Below are positions 39,647 through 48,525 of a stretch of 64,000 bases of DNA, piece after piece. The translations under genes were made by a program, and so were the position numbers. The notes under the pieces are model-generated. The model made no database searches. It worked only from the letters and a program-made list of their open reading frames with translations, and was not told the origin of the DNA. Source of the DNA: an uncultured Actinomycetes bacterium (GTDB lineage: Bacteria; Actinomycetota; Actinomycetes; Actinomycetales; Actinomycetaceae); assembly GCA_963537175.1 (NCBI GenBank), contig CAUTDS010000005.1, forward strand, positions 4,002-68,001, given 5' to 3'. Position 1 is the first letter of the stretch, and every line of letters starts with the position of its first letter.

Positions 39647-40562
39647 CCCAGGTGGCGGCCGCGCGCAGGCGCGTCAGCATTGCATCTCGCAGGGGCTCGG
39701 GTGCTGTGACAACCACGTCGGCAGCCAATGGAAGAAGGCGGCCGATCCACGTCCCCATCTCTGCACCTTCGAGCGCGACGCTCTCCCAGCCCTGCTGAGA
39801 CGAACCGTGCTCGTCAGACGATGCCCCGGCCTCGTAGCCGTGGAGAAGCGTGCGTGCGGTGGAGTCCGCGCGTACGTGGACGATGGGAGAAACGAACGAT
39901 GACACGGGAGGAAACACAGCCCCCTCGGGCGGGAGCGAGGCATCGCCCGGCTCTCCGATGAAGGAAATCTGCGACCGTATCCGCGACACACGGAACGTGC
40001 GCTCGGCGCCGCGGTCCAGATCCCAGCCCCACAGGTACAGGGCGCGGCCCTGCACCGACAGAGCCCACGGCTCGACGGAACGCTCAGTGAGTTCACGCGA
40101 ACCCGGGTATTCGAAACACACCACACGCCGCTCGCGAATGGCCTGCGACAACACGGTGGCAGCCCCGAGGCCGGTCAGACCCAGGCGAATCGTGGGCGCA
40201 GAAACGTCGTCGGAGGAAGCGGCGGCCGCCTTCGCATCGATAGCGTCGGCGAAAAACTCACTGCTATCCCACGCGCGTGCAGCCAACGACATCAGTGCGC
40301 GGTCGGCGCTGGTCACCTCGATACCGGGCGCAAAAGAATCCCACGCGATGCTGTAGCGCTCCCCCGCGTGAATCGTCATGTGGGCGCCTGCGTCGCGCAG
40401 CGCGTCTTTGTCGCGCTGGAACTGCGTTTCGAAGGCATCATCTGCGAGCCCCTGATATCCGGGAAGCGCGCGCAACTGCGCCTTCGTGCGCCCCGGACGC
40501 GCGCCTAAGAGCTCCACAAAAAGCTCAAGGACGCGCACGTTAGCGTTGACGGCGGTACTCAC
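39630..40562 (-). CDS. pafB: WYL-domain transcriptional regulator PafB
   Basis: Paralogous HTH-WYL architecture (ALYLWGWDLDRGAERTFRVSRI). It overlaps the pafC start. Confidence 0.7.
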   Translation of the reverse strand: MSTAVNANVRVLELFVELLGARPGRTKAQLRALPGYQGLADDAFETQFQRDKDALRDAGAHMTIHAGERYSIAWDSFAPGIEVTSADRALMSLAARAWDSSEFFADAIDAKAAAASSDDVSAPTIRLGLTGLGAATVLSQAIRERRVVCFEYPGSRELTERSVEPWALSVQGRALYLWGWDLDRGAERTFRVSRIRSQISFIGEPGDASLPPEGAVFPPVSSFVSPIVHVRADSTARTLLHGYEAGASSDEHGSSQQGWESVALEGAEMGTWIGRLLPLAADVVVTAPEPLRDAMLTRLRAAATWGERDA

Positions 40563-40611
40563 CCGCCTACCCTACGTGAAACGCGCGCGTCCCGAGCATA
40601 CGGCGCACCGT

Positions 40612-41661
40612 TTAGGACTGAGAAGATGCGGTATCAGTGGCGGACGCGTACTCGTTGCTCACGATGACGGTCGGATCGACATTCCCCTCGAGAACGCCAA
40701 TCGACTTCAGGAAGGACACCATCGACGACCACGTGGCCAGATCCTGCACGCCGTCAGCGTGCGCGTCATCCCCGAGCCACAGCGGAACGGTCGCTGCGAG
40801 CACGGCATTGGCCGCGGCGAGCGAGGTCTCGTCAGTGAGCGTCGTGTCCCACTTCGCGGTCGCGTCAATCGCGACCTGGGGATCGGCGGCGATCGCGTTC
40901 ATCGCCTCGGTGGTTGCAGACACGACCGCGCGCGCCGCATCCGGGTGGGACTGCGCCCACTCGCGCGTCGTGATGATCGAAGCAGCGACCAGCGGAGTCG
41001 AGGCGCCATCCAGCGGGATCTCCCGAATATCGATGCCCGCCAGCTTCATCTGCACCGCGTCGTTGTTGGTAAAGCCAACGACCGCGTCCACCTGCCCGGC
41101 CACCAGGGCCGCCTGCTGCGTGTAGCCGATCGACGATATGGTCACGTCGGAGGTCTGCAGGCCACCGGCCTTGATGGCGGCGAGGGTCGCGTAGTAGCTC
41201 GAACCGTACTCGCCGGGGATGCCAATGTTCTTTCCAGCCAGGTCCGCTAGGCTCGTGATCGACGACGAGGCCGGGACGATGACGCTTCCCGGGTAGGTCG
41301 CGTAATACTGGCCGATTGACACGAGGTCCAGGCCCTGCGAGGCGGCCACCGCGGCCTCGTCGCCCGAGGCGATGACGACGTCCTCCTGGCCGGCCAGCAG
41401 AGCCGTAAATAGGCCCTCGTCCGAGCCGTGATGGCGAACGGTGGGCGTGATACCAGCGTCGTTATACAGTCCCTGAGAATCGGCGACGTAGACGGGGGCA
41501 AACTGCACGTTCGGAATGTAGGTCAGGCCAATCGTCACGTCCGAGTCGCCCCGCGAGGACGTGCCCGACTGCGTGGCGCCGGGACCGACCGTGCAAGCGC
41601 CCAGAGCCAGCGAGGCGCTGGCACCGATAACTGTCGCGCGAACGATAGTGGAAATCTTCAA
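40612..41661 (-). CDS. ABC transporter substrate-binding lipoprotein, NMT1/THI5 (ThiY/RibY-like) family
   Basis: Lipobox LALGAC, an IGLTYIPNVQFAPVYVA N-terminal core typical of NMT1/THI5-like binding proteins, 349 aa. Confidence 0.8.
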   Translation of the reverse strand: MKISTIVRATVIGASASLALGACTVGPGATQSGTSSRGDSDVTIGLTYIPNVQFAPVYVADSQGLYNDAGITPTVRHHGSDEGLFTALLAGQEDVVIASGDEAAVAASQGLDLVSIGQYYATYPGSVIVPASSSITSLADLAGKNIGIPGEYGSSYYATLAAIKAGGLQTSDVTISSIGYTQQAALVAGQVDAVVGFTNNDAVQMKLAGIDIREIPLDGASTPLVAASIITTREWAQSHPDAARAVVSATTEAMNAIAADPQVAIDATAKWDTTLTDETSLAAANAVLAATVPLWLGDDAHADGVQDLATWSSMVSFLKSIGVLEGNVDPTVIVSNEYASATDTASSQS

Positions 41662-41673
41662 GGGATGTCTCCT

Positions 41674-42447
41674 TCACTGCGTGATGGCGTAGCGCTTCGA
41701 CCGCTCGATCCGGTACACGATGACGTACAGAATCGTCGCCATGACGCACAGGATCGCGATAATGACGAACATGCCGGCGGTGTCCACGTTGCTTCTCATT
41801 TGAGTGAGTACCTGCCCGAGCCCGGACCCTCCCATGACCATCTCCCCCACGACTGCGCCCGTGACAGACAGAGCAAACCCATTGCGCAGGCCGCCCAGAA
41901 TGGCGGGCGCGGCCAGGGGAAGCTCCATCTGTGTGGCCATCGTCCAGCCCGTCGCGCCGTCGAGTGCGGCGGCCTCGAGCAACTCGCGATCAATATGACG
42001 CAAGCCGACGACAGTGGACACAAGGATCGGAAAAAACACCATTAACGCACACAGCACGATGACCGGTTTGATGCCGTACCCGACCCACAGCACGAGAATG
42101 GGGGCGATCGCGATGGCGGGCAACGCCTGGGTTGCCCCAAGGAAGGGTTCCACCGCCGCGGCCAGCAGCCGCCAGCGGTAGATCGCATACGCTAACGGCA
42201 GCGCAACGACCGTTCCGAGCGCGCACCCTGCGATGGCCTCGCCTCCCGTCACCGCAATCTGACGCCAGGTCGTGGGGCGCTGAAGCAGCGCCACGCCTTT
42301 TCGGGCAACAGCAAGCGGATCGGGTAGACGCCAGGCTTCGATGCCGGTCAGAGTCGTCGTCAGCCACCATCCCGCCAGCAGGAGGGCGAGAAAGATGATC
42401 GGTGCCGCGACGGTGAGCGCACCGCGGGGCTTGTTCCGAATTGCCAC
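41674..42447 (-). CDS. ABC transporter permease (NitT/TauT-type BPD_transp_1; RibX-like)
   Basis: Six-TM permease of 257 aa with an EAA-like loop (LLEAAALDGATGWTM). The GTG start lies 60 nt downstream of the FMN riboswitch. Confidence 0.8.
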   Translation of the reverse strand: MAIRNKPRGALTVAAPIIFLALLLAGWWLTTTLTGIEAWRLPDPLAVARKGVALLQRPTTWRQIAVTGGEAIAGCALGTVVALPLAYAIYRWRLLAAAVEPFLGATQALPAIAIAPILVLWVGYGIKPVIVLCALMVFFPILVSTVVGLRHIDRELLEAAALDGATGWTMATQMELPLAAPAILGGLRNGFALSVTGAVVGEMVMGGSGLGQVLTQMRSNVDTAGMFVIIAILCVMATILYVIVYRIERSKRYAITQ

Positions 42448-42507
42448 GACTTACTTTCCGACACCGGGGGTACGCGCAGCACAGTAGACGCACGGATGCG
42501 CCTCATG

Positions 42508-42630
42508 CACTCCTCCCATCCGGACTTTAACCGTCGGTGCCGGAATTTCACCGGCTCAACCGCCCTCGTTCTGTGAGGGCGGGTCGCGGACTATCACCGC
42601 CGGTTCGGACTTTCACCGACCCCGGAGTAC
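42508..42630 (-). promoter_or_regulatory. FMN riboswitch (RFN element)
   Basis: The minus-strand RNA reads CUCCGGGGUCGGUGAAAGUCCGAACCGGCGGUGAUAGUCCGCGACC-(hairpin)-GGUUGAGCCGGUGAAAUUCCGGCACCGACGGUUAAAGUCCGGAUGGGAGGAG. It matches the conserved RFN cores GGUGAAAxUCC..ACCGGCGGU..AGUCCGCGA and GGUGAAAUUCC..CCGACGGU.AAAGUCCGGAUGGGAG, with a closing P1 CUCC/GGAG. Confidence 0.85.
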
Positions 42631-42691
42631 TCATGTGCCATTGTGCCACCGACGGGGGCAGCACGCGAGGCGTATCCGCTATGAAGGAAAA

Positions 42692-42728
42692 GGGCGGCCG
42701 GACGGGATCTCTTCCCGTTCCGGCCGCC
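42692..42728 (-). terminator. Terminator hairpin downstream of rpe
   Basis: Minus strand: ggcggccggaacggga-agagat-cccgtccggccgcc followed by cttttcc. It separates rpe from the riboswitch unit. Confidence 0.55.
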
Positions 42729-42743
42729 AGAAAACGTGTTCGG

Positions 42744-43406
42744 TCAGTGCGAGTGGGCGTTGGCGAGCTCGCGCAGCGCCTCAACCTCGCGATGAGCGTC
42801 TTCCGCACGGAAGACCGCGGAACCGGCGACGAAGTTGTCGGCGCCGGCCTCGGCCGCGCGCTCGATGGTCGCGCGGGAAATGCCGCCATCGACCTGGATC
42901 GATACCTGGAGCCCCGCGGCGTTGATCGCGGCGCGAGTGCGCTCGATCTTCGGGATCATCTGCTCGATGAAGGACTGGCCGCCGAAACCGGGCTCGACCG
43001 TCATGATGAGAATCATGTCGAACTCGTTGAGAATATCCACAAAAGGAGCAATATCCGTCGCGGGCTTTAGGGCCAGGCCGGCGCGAGCACCGATGCGGTG
43101 CAGCTCGCGCGCCAGGCGCAGCGGCGCTGCTGCTGCCTCCGCGTGGAAGGTGACGGACTCGCAACCGACCTCCGCGTACTGGGGAGCCCAGCGATCCGGA
43201 TCCTCGATCATGAGGTGCGCGTCGACCGGGAGAATGCCGGACTTAACGACAGCCTCCGCGACGGGCAGACCCCACGAGAGGTTGGGCACGAAATGGTTGT
43301 CCATGACGTCGACGTGAGCGATGTCCGCTCCTGCGATCTTGGTGAGCTCACCGCGCAGGTCAGCGATGTCGCAGTTGAGAATCGACGGGCTAATTGTGGC
43401 GTTCAT
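42744..43406 (-). CDS. rpe: Ribulose-phosphate 3-epimerase
   Basis: 220 aa with the [12 protein letters not shown] and [12 protein letters not shown] motifs. Confidence 0.95.
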   Translation of the reverse strand: MNATISPSILNCDIADLRGELTKIAGADIAHVDVMDNHFVPNLSWGLPVAEAVVKSGILPVDAHLMIEDPDRWAPQYAEVGCESVTFHAEAAAAPLRLARELHRIGARAGLALKPATDIAPFVDILNEFDMILIMTVEPGFGGQSFIEQMIPKIERTRAAINAAGLQVSIQVDGGISRATIERAAEAGADNFVAGSAVFRAEDAHREVEALRELANAHSH

Positions 43407-43416
43407 AACGCATATG

Positions 43417-44889
43417 CTAGCGCTTGCGCAGGCAGGCTACAAACATAAGATCCGTGCCGAAACGGTGGTCCCAGAGCTGGAGCGTCCGACCGCCGAAGCC
43501 CCCGATGACACCCGCAGATGCCGGCACGTCCAGCGCTTCGGGAGCACACTCGTTTGCGAGGGCCACGGTGTCAAGCAGCTCGACCTCGCCGGCCTGGAGC
43601 AGGCGCTCGACCTGTTCGCGCGTCTCAGCCGCGTGTGGCGAACACGTGATGTACGTGAGAACGCCGCCGGAGCGTGTGAGTGCGACCGCCCGATCGAGCA
43701 GTTCGTGCTGGAGGACAGTGAGCTCCTCCACGTCCCCGGGTGTGCGGTTCCAGCGGGACTCGGGGCGTCGCCGCATCGATCCCATGCCCGAGCAGGGGGT
43801 ATCGACGATGACACGGTCAAACGAGCCGAGCGGCCATGCGCTCTGACCTCCGCCGAAGGTACGACCGTCGCCGCTCACGACCTCGATGGAGTCGAACTGA
43901 CGCGTGGTGCGCTCAACGAGGCGTGCGCGGTGCGGGTGCACCTCGTTGGCGGTCACGCGCGCTCCCCTGCCGGCAGCGAGGCCGGCGAGAAGTGCTGCCT
44001 TACCGCCCGGACCCGCACACAGGTCGAGCCATCGCTCGTCTGAACCCCCCTCGAGCGGTGCTGATGCGGCAATGAGGGCAGCAAGCTGCGAGCCTTCGTC
44101 CTGCGCGCCGGCGCGTCCGTCTCGAATCGACGGTAGGCGCGCGGGGTCGCCAGATTCGAGGAGCACTGCAAACGGGGAGACAGCGCCCAAGGCGACGCGC
44201 GTGTCGAGAATGTCCTCGGCCTCGTCGGCGAGTTCGTCGACGCTCATCAGTGACGGGCGGGCCACCAGAGTGACCGTGGGAACCTCGTTGTCAGCCTCGA
44301 GAACGTCGAGAAGCTCATCCTCAGGGTAACCGTGGGCTTTGAGGGCGTCACGGAACGCAGCGACCATCCATGCCGGGTGTGAGTAGCGTACGGCAAGAGC
44401 CTCATTCTCGTCCGCGATGGCATCCATGGCTGCCTCGCGCTCGGAAGGGTCCTCTCGGGTGATCGAGCGCAGTACGGCATTGACGAAACGAACGGGGCCA
44501 TCCGTCAGGTGCTCTCGGGCGACATCGACGGTAGCGGAAACAGCCGCATGATCGGGCACTCGCATGTCGAGGAGCTGATGGGCGCCCATGCGCAGGATGA
44601 CAAGCGCGCGCGGATCGAGATCGGCAAGCGGACGATCGATGTGGCGCGAGATAACCCAATCAAGGCGACCAATCGCGCGCAGTGTGCCGTGGACGAGTTC
44701 CGAGGTGAAGGCGGCATCCCGATCAGAGAAGTGACCGTCGCGCCGAGCCTGACGCAAAGCCTTCGGCAAAATGATGTTCGCAAACGCGCCCTGAGTCGCG
44801 ACTTCGTGGAGAACGTCGTAGGCGATACGACGAGGCTCATCGGCCTTGCGCAGCTTGCGGTAGCCGTCCGCGTAACGCCTCTCGCTCAT
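43417..44889 (-). CDS. rsmB: 16S rRNA (cytosine-C5)-methyltransferase RsmB/Sun
   Basis: NusB-like N-terminus, a SAM-binding DLCAGPGGK motif and the catalytic DTPCSG and TCS motifs. Confidence 0.85.
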   Translation of the reverse strand: MSERRYADGYRKLRKADEPRRIAYDVLHEVATQGAFANIILPKALRQARRDGHFSDRDAAFTSELVHGTLRAIGRLDWVISRHIDRPLADLDPRALVILRMGAHQLLDMRVPDHAAVSATVDVAREHLTDGPVRFVNAVLRSITREDPSEREAAMDAIADENEALAVRYSHPAWMVAAFRDALKAHGYPEDELLDVLEADNEVPTVTLVARPSLMSVDELADEAEDILDTRVALGAVSPFAVLLESGDPARLPSIRDGRAGAQDEGSQLAALIAASAPLEGGSDERWLDLCAGPGGKAALLAGLAAGRGARVTANEVHPHRARLVERTTRQFDSIEVVSGDGRTFGGGQSAWPLGSFDRVIVDTPCSGMGSMRRRPESRWNRTPGDVEELTVLQHELLDRAVALTRSGGVLTYITCSPHAAETREQVERLLQAGEVELLDTVALANECAPEALDVPASAGVIGGFGGRTLQLWDHRFGTDLMFVACLRKR

Positions 44890-45830
44890 CGCTCACCCTC
44901 CAGCTCTCCGCCAAGGCGCAGGTCTTCGGACGGCCGCGCTCCCCTCGCCCAGGCCGCCGCGTCCATCCAGGACTTGCCGGCCGGGGCGACCTTTCCGAGG
45001 ACGAGAGCTCCGCTTGCGCACCCGACGGTCACCTGCTTTTTCGTCACCTCGAGCTGCCCGGGAGCAAGATCATCACGGTCCACAGGGGTTGCCTTGTCGA
45101 GCTTCATGCGGGCCCCGCCCGGCGCCAGCGTGTAGGCGCCAGGATTGGGCGTCACGGAACGAATGATACGGTCCTCGTGCGCAGCGTCGTGCGTGAACGA
45201 CACGTATCCGTCGACGTGCTCGAGGCGGCGCGCGTGCGTCACGCCTTGCGAGGACTGCGCAACGGCGATTGCGCTGCCAGCGGCAAGCGCATCGACGACG
45301 CCGAGCACCTGATCCGCCCCGGCCTCGGCCATGGACGCCAGTAGCTCGCCAGCGCTCTCTCGAACGATCGGAACCTCGATGCGTGAATAGACGTCGCCCG
45401 TATCCAGGCCCTCCTCGAGGTTGAACACGCAGGACGCGGTCGTCGCATCCCCTTCACGAATGGCCCACTGGACCGGAGCAGCTCCACGCCACCTCGGCAG
45501 ATCAGAGAAATGCAGGTTCACCCACCCGTGGGTAGGCATCGCCAGCACGTTCGGAGGCACGAGGCCGCCATACGCGACGACAACACCGAGGTCCGCCTGC
45601 ACGTCCTCAATGCGGCCTGCAATGTCGGGGGTCTTCAGTGTCGTTGTCTCCAACAGTTCCACACCGGATTCGGCGGCTACTTGCGCCACCGGAGACGGGT
45701 ACATGGTCTTGCCGCGACCGCGCCGAGCCGGCGGACGTGTGATGACGAGGGCGACCTCGTGGGACGACGACAGCAGGGCCCGCAGCGTGGGAACTGCGGC
45801 CTCGGGGGTACCAGCAAAAATAATGCGCAC
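44886..45830 (-). CDS. fmt: Methionyl-tRNA formyltransferase
   Basis: MRIIFAGTPE N-terminus and the NLHFSDLPRWRGAAPVQ motif. Overlaps the rsmB start. Confidence 0.9.
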   Translation of the reverse strand: MRIIFAGTPEAAVPTLRALLSSSHEVALVITRPPARRGRGKTMYPSPVAQVAAESGVELLETTTLKTPDIAGRIEDVQADLGVVVAYGGLVPPNVLAMPTHGWVNLHFSDLPRWRGAAPVQWAIREGDATTASCVFNLEEGLDTGDVYSRIEVPIVRESAGELLASMAEAGADQVLGVVDALAAGSAIAVAQSSQGVTHARRLEHVDGYVSFTHDAAHEDRIIRSVTPNPGAYTLAPGGARMKLDKATPVDRDDLAPGQLEVTKKQVTVGCASGALVLGKVAPAGKSWMDAAAWARGARPSEDLRLGGELEGER

Positions 45831-45864
45831 GGCCGTCAGTCTACGGCACTGCGCAGGCCCTGAC

Positions 45865-47847
45865 TCAGAAGAGCTCGGGTGGGTTCACGCTCATTTTCAC
45901 GAGCGGAACCTTGCGGGCACTGCGCGAGCGGCGAATATCGGTAAGTACAGCAAGCATCGACGCGGCCCCAGCCAACGGGGTTCGCACCAGCGTACGCACC
46001 TCGTTTTCTTCGCCCTCGCGCGTCGCCGGTCGTACGACGGTGCCGACCAGCTCAGCCCCTCCCTCACGAATGACCTGTTCGGCGACCTGGCGGACCTGAG
46101 CCGCCGGCCCATCGAGAGCAACCATCGTCGTGGCCGGGAAAAAGCCCAGCGCCTCGCGTTCATCCAACAGACGATCGGCATAGTCAGTGGGGGCCCAGCG
46201 TACGAGCGCCTGCCCCAAGGCATCGGGAATCGTCCCGACAACGAGGCCGGGGTGGCCTGGGCGGACGAGAGACAGCGCGTTGAGCCACCGCCTGGCAGCT
46301 TCCTCTGGCGCCCACAGCTCCGTCCTGCCAGCAAGGGCGTGAGCGTCAAGAATGATTGCGGCGGCATAGCCACCTTCCACCTCCGGCTCAGCTCCCGGCG
46401 TCGCAACGACAACAGTGGGACGCGCGGGAAGCTGACGGTTGATCCGATGAGCCGCCGACGACTCAAGGACCGACGCGTCCGGGAGGTTGCGCGCGATCTC
46501 CTCGGCGGTGCGCGTCGAACCCACGCGAGCTGCACGCAGCTCTGTGCCGGAGCAGTGCGTGCATCGCCACGTCTGCGAGGTACGCGCGCACCACGAGCAC
46601 GTCACCTCTGCCCCGCTGCCGACAGCGAGAGGCCCGGAGCAATGACGACAGCGAGCACGTTCGCCGCAGCGCCGACAGACGACCGTGGGCCAATATCCTG
46701 AGGCAGCAACCTGGATGAGGACGGGGCCTTCTCGAAGCCCCTGGCGGATCATACGCAACGCGGCCTGAGGAGTACGCATGTGGCCGCTGGCACCCTCGCG
46801 TTCCGCTTCCGCCGCTCCATGCAGGTGCACGCGAGGAGTCGCATCACGCAGCGCGCCGGGCATGGGATCGAGACTCACGGCCCACCCGGAACGAACGAGC
46901 GCCTGTGCCTTCACCGAGCGCGCGAACGAAGCGATGAGGAGCCCCGCGCCCTCCACCGCGCACCGCTGCACGGCGACATCAAGAACGTCGCAGCGAGGGA
47001 AGCGGCGCTCACGAAGGCGATCGTCGCCGTCATCGCAGATGACGATGAGACCCAGCTTCGCGCACGGAACCCACACAGCCGAGCGCGTTCCGACCACAAT
47101 CGGAAGACGCCCGAGCGTCGCGGCTACGTGAATACGGTAGCGCTCCTCGGGACTCACATCACCGCCCGTGAGGGCGACGGGTACACCGAGGTCCTCCTCG
47201 AGGACACGTGCGTACCGAGCTGCGTCCTCTCCGGTGGCCGTCACGATGATGGCGCTGCGCCCTGACGAAACGGTGGCGGCGACAGCATCCGACAAGCACG
47301 CGCGCATCCGGGGACGCAGCGCGGTCACGACTGCACGCGGAGACTGGCCGGCTGCAAGGCGGTGAAGCAACGCCTCCCCAGCAGAATAAGGCGCCCAGCC
47401 TTCAGAAACAGTCGGAGCCTCGACGGATGGCCACGCCGAAGTCGGCGCCTTTACAACGGTCTTTTCGCCGCGTGCGTGCCGCGGCGGAATCGCAAGCGAC
47501 AGCACCTGGGAGGTCGTCGCGAGGAAACGCGCGGCAATGCGACGAGCAGCCTCATACAGCGTGGGCGTCAGCACCGGGATCGACGAGACGACAGATTCTA
47601 TCTGCGCGGCATCGTCAAGTACGTCGCGCTGTGTGCGCTCAACGATCCAGCCGTCCACGCGCGTGCCGGAAAAGCGCACGCGAACCGCACCGCCGACCTC
47701 GGCCTCGTCAATGAACTTGTCCGGCACCACGTAGTCGAGCGGCCGATCCATGTGCGGCAGATCGACATCAACGAGCACGCGAGCGATCTGCGCGGCCCGA
47801 GACCGCGGCGGATCGAAACCGTCAAGCACGCCCTGTTGGGAAGTCAT
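45865..47847 (-). CDS. priA: Primosomal protein N' (PriA) homolog with degenerate ATPase motifs
   Basis: The 3'-BD-like N-terminus (VDVDLPHMDRPLDYVVP) and Cys-rich region (CRRCGERARCRHCSGPL...CSWC...CTHC) are present. No GxGKT Walker A was seen. The Walker B region reads DDGDD. Confidence 0.8.
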   Translation of the reverse strand: MTSQQGVLDGFDPPRSRAAQIARVLVDVDLPHMDRPLDYVVPDKFIDEAEVGGAVRVRFSGTRVDGWIVERTQRDVLDDAAQIESVVSSIPVLTPTLYEAARRIAARFLATTSQVLSLAIPPRHARGEKTVVKAPTSAWPSVEAPTVSEGWAPYSAGEALLHRLAAGQSPRAVVTALRPRMRACLSDAVAATVSSGRSAIIVTATGEDAARYARVLEEDLGVPVALTGGDVSPEERYRIHVAATLGRLPIVVGTRSAVWVPCAKLGLIVICDDGDDRLRERRFPRCDVLDVAVQRCAVEGAGLLIASFARSVKAQALVRSGWAVSLDPMPGALRDATPRVHLHGAAEAEREGASGHMRTPQAALRMIRQGLREGPVLIQVAASGYWPTVVCRRCGERARCRHCSGPLAVGSGAEVTCSWCARTSQTWRCTHCSGTELRAARVGSTRTAEEIARNLPDASVLESSAAHRINRQLPARPTVVVATPGAEPEVEGGYAAAIILDAHALAGRTELWAPEEAARRWLNALSLVRPGHPGLVVGTIPDALGQALVRWAPTDYADRLLDEREALGFFPATTMVALDGPAAQVRQVAEQVIREGGAELVGTVVRPATREGEENEVRTLVRTPLAGAASMLAVLTDIRRSRSARKVPLVKMSVNPPELF

Positions 47848-47889
47848 GATCCTAGTGAATCACGGCCCGCACACATCTGCGTCCCGCTC

Positions 47890-48525
47890 TCAGCCGAGAA
47901 GCTTCAGACCGTACTTAGCGACCACCATGGCGAGCACGCCAAAGACGATCAGGCCCCACAGGGCCCAGTCGAGGCCCTGGGCAACAATACGACGAAGCCC
48001 CTCGGGCGCCGGGATGACTGAATCGCGAATATTGATGCGAGTGATTCCGCCAAAAACGAGTGTTGTCGTCAGGGTGATCAGCAGGCACCACGGGCACAGC
48101 ACCTGAATGATGAAATAAGACTGCCCAAACAGCCAGAACGCAAAGAACAGCGCGATCGTGTACAGCAGGTTCGTGCCCAGCATGTACCAGCGCGGGAACT
48201 TTACGCCCGCGAAAATAGCGACGGAGATAGCGAGAACCACTGCCTCGAAAAAGATGCCGAGGAAAGCGTTAGGGAAGCCGAGGATACGCGCCTGCCACGT
48301 CTGCGCGACCGCCGAACACGACAGCACGGACGAAATGTCACAGCCAAAGCGCGCCGAAGAGTCAGCGGCCAGCTGCCACGCCTCGATGGAGAGGACAAAC
48401 GACGTCGCAAGGCCGATGAAGCCGGAAATGATCATCTCCAGGCTCGTGCGCCGACGCCACGCGCGGCGAGCGGCCTCGGTCTCGTACGAGGGCAGGTAGT
48501 CCTCGGCTTCCACTGCTTCGCTCAT
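47890..48525 (-). CDS. Vitamin K epoxide reductase (VKOR) family membrane protein
   Basis: Loop cysteines CDISSVLSC and an active-site CPWC at the start of a TM helix. Four or five TM helices. The ATG overlaps the metK stop (ATGA). Confidence 0.75.
   Translation of the reverse strand: MSEAVEAEDYLPSYETEAARRAWRRRTSLEMIISGFIGLATSFVLSIEAWQLAADSSARFGCDISSVLSCSAVAQTWQARILGFPNAFLGIFFEAVVLAISVAIFAGVKFPRWYMLGTNLLYTIALFFAFWLFGQSYFIIQVLCPWCLLITLTTTLVFGGITRINIRDSVIPAPEGLRRIVAQGLDWALWGLIVFGVLAMVVAKYGLKLLG

Noticed and set aside
38699-40562. Two WYL-domain regulators as markers of a phage-defence island
   Set aside because: The paired HTH-WYL paralogs directly upstream of helY match the PafB/PafC arrangement, which is a DNA-damage regulator. 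No defence effector genes are adjacent.
42448-42744. TPP (THI-box) riboswitch upstream of the NMT1/THI5-like transporter
   Set aside because: This was my first guess, based on the binding-protein family. The leader lacks the CUGAGA / ACCUGAUCUGGAUAAUGCCAGCG-type THI-box cores and instead matches the RFN (FMN) consensus almost position for position.
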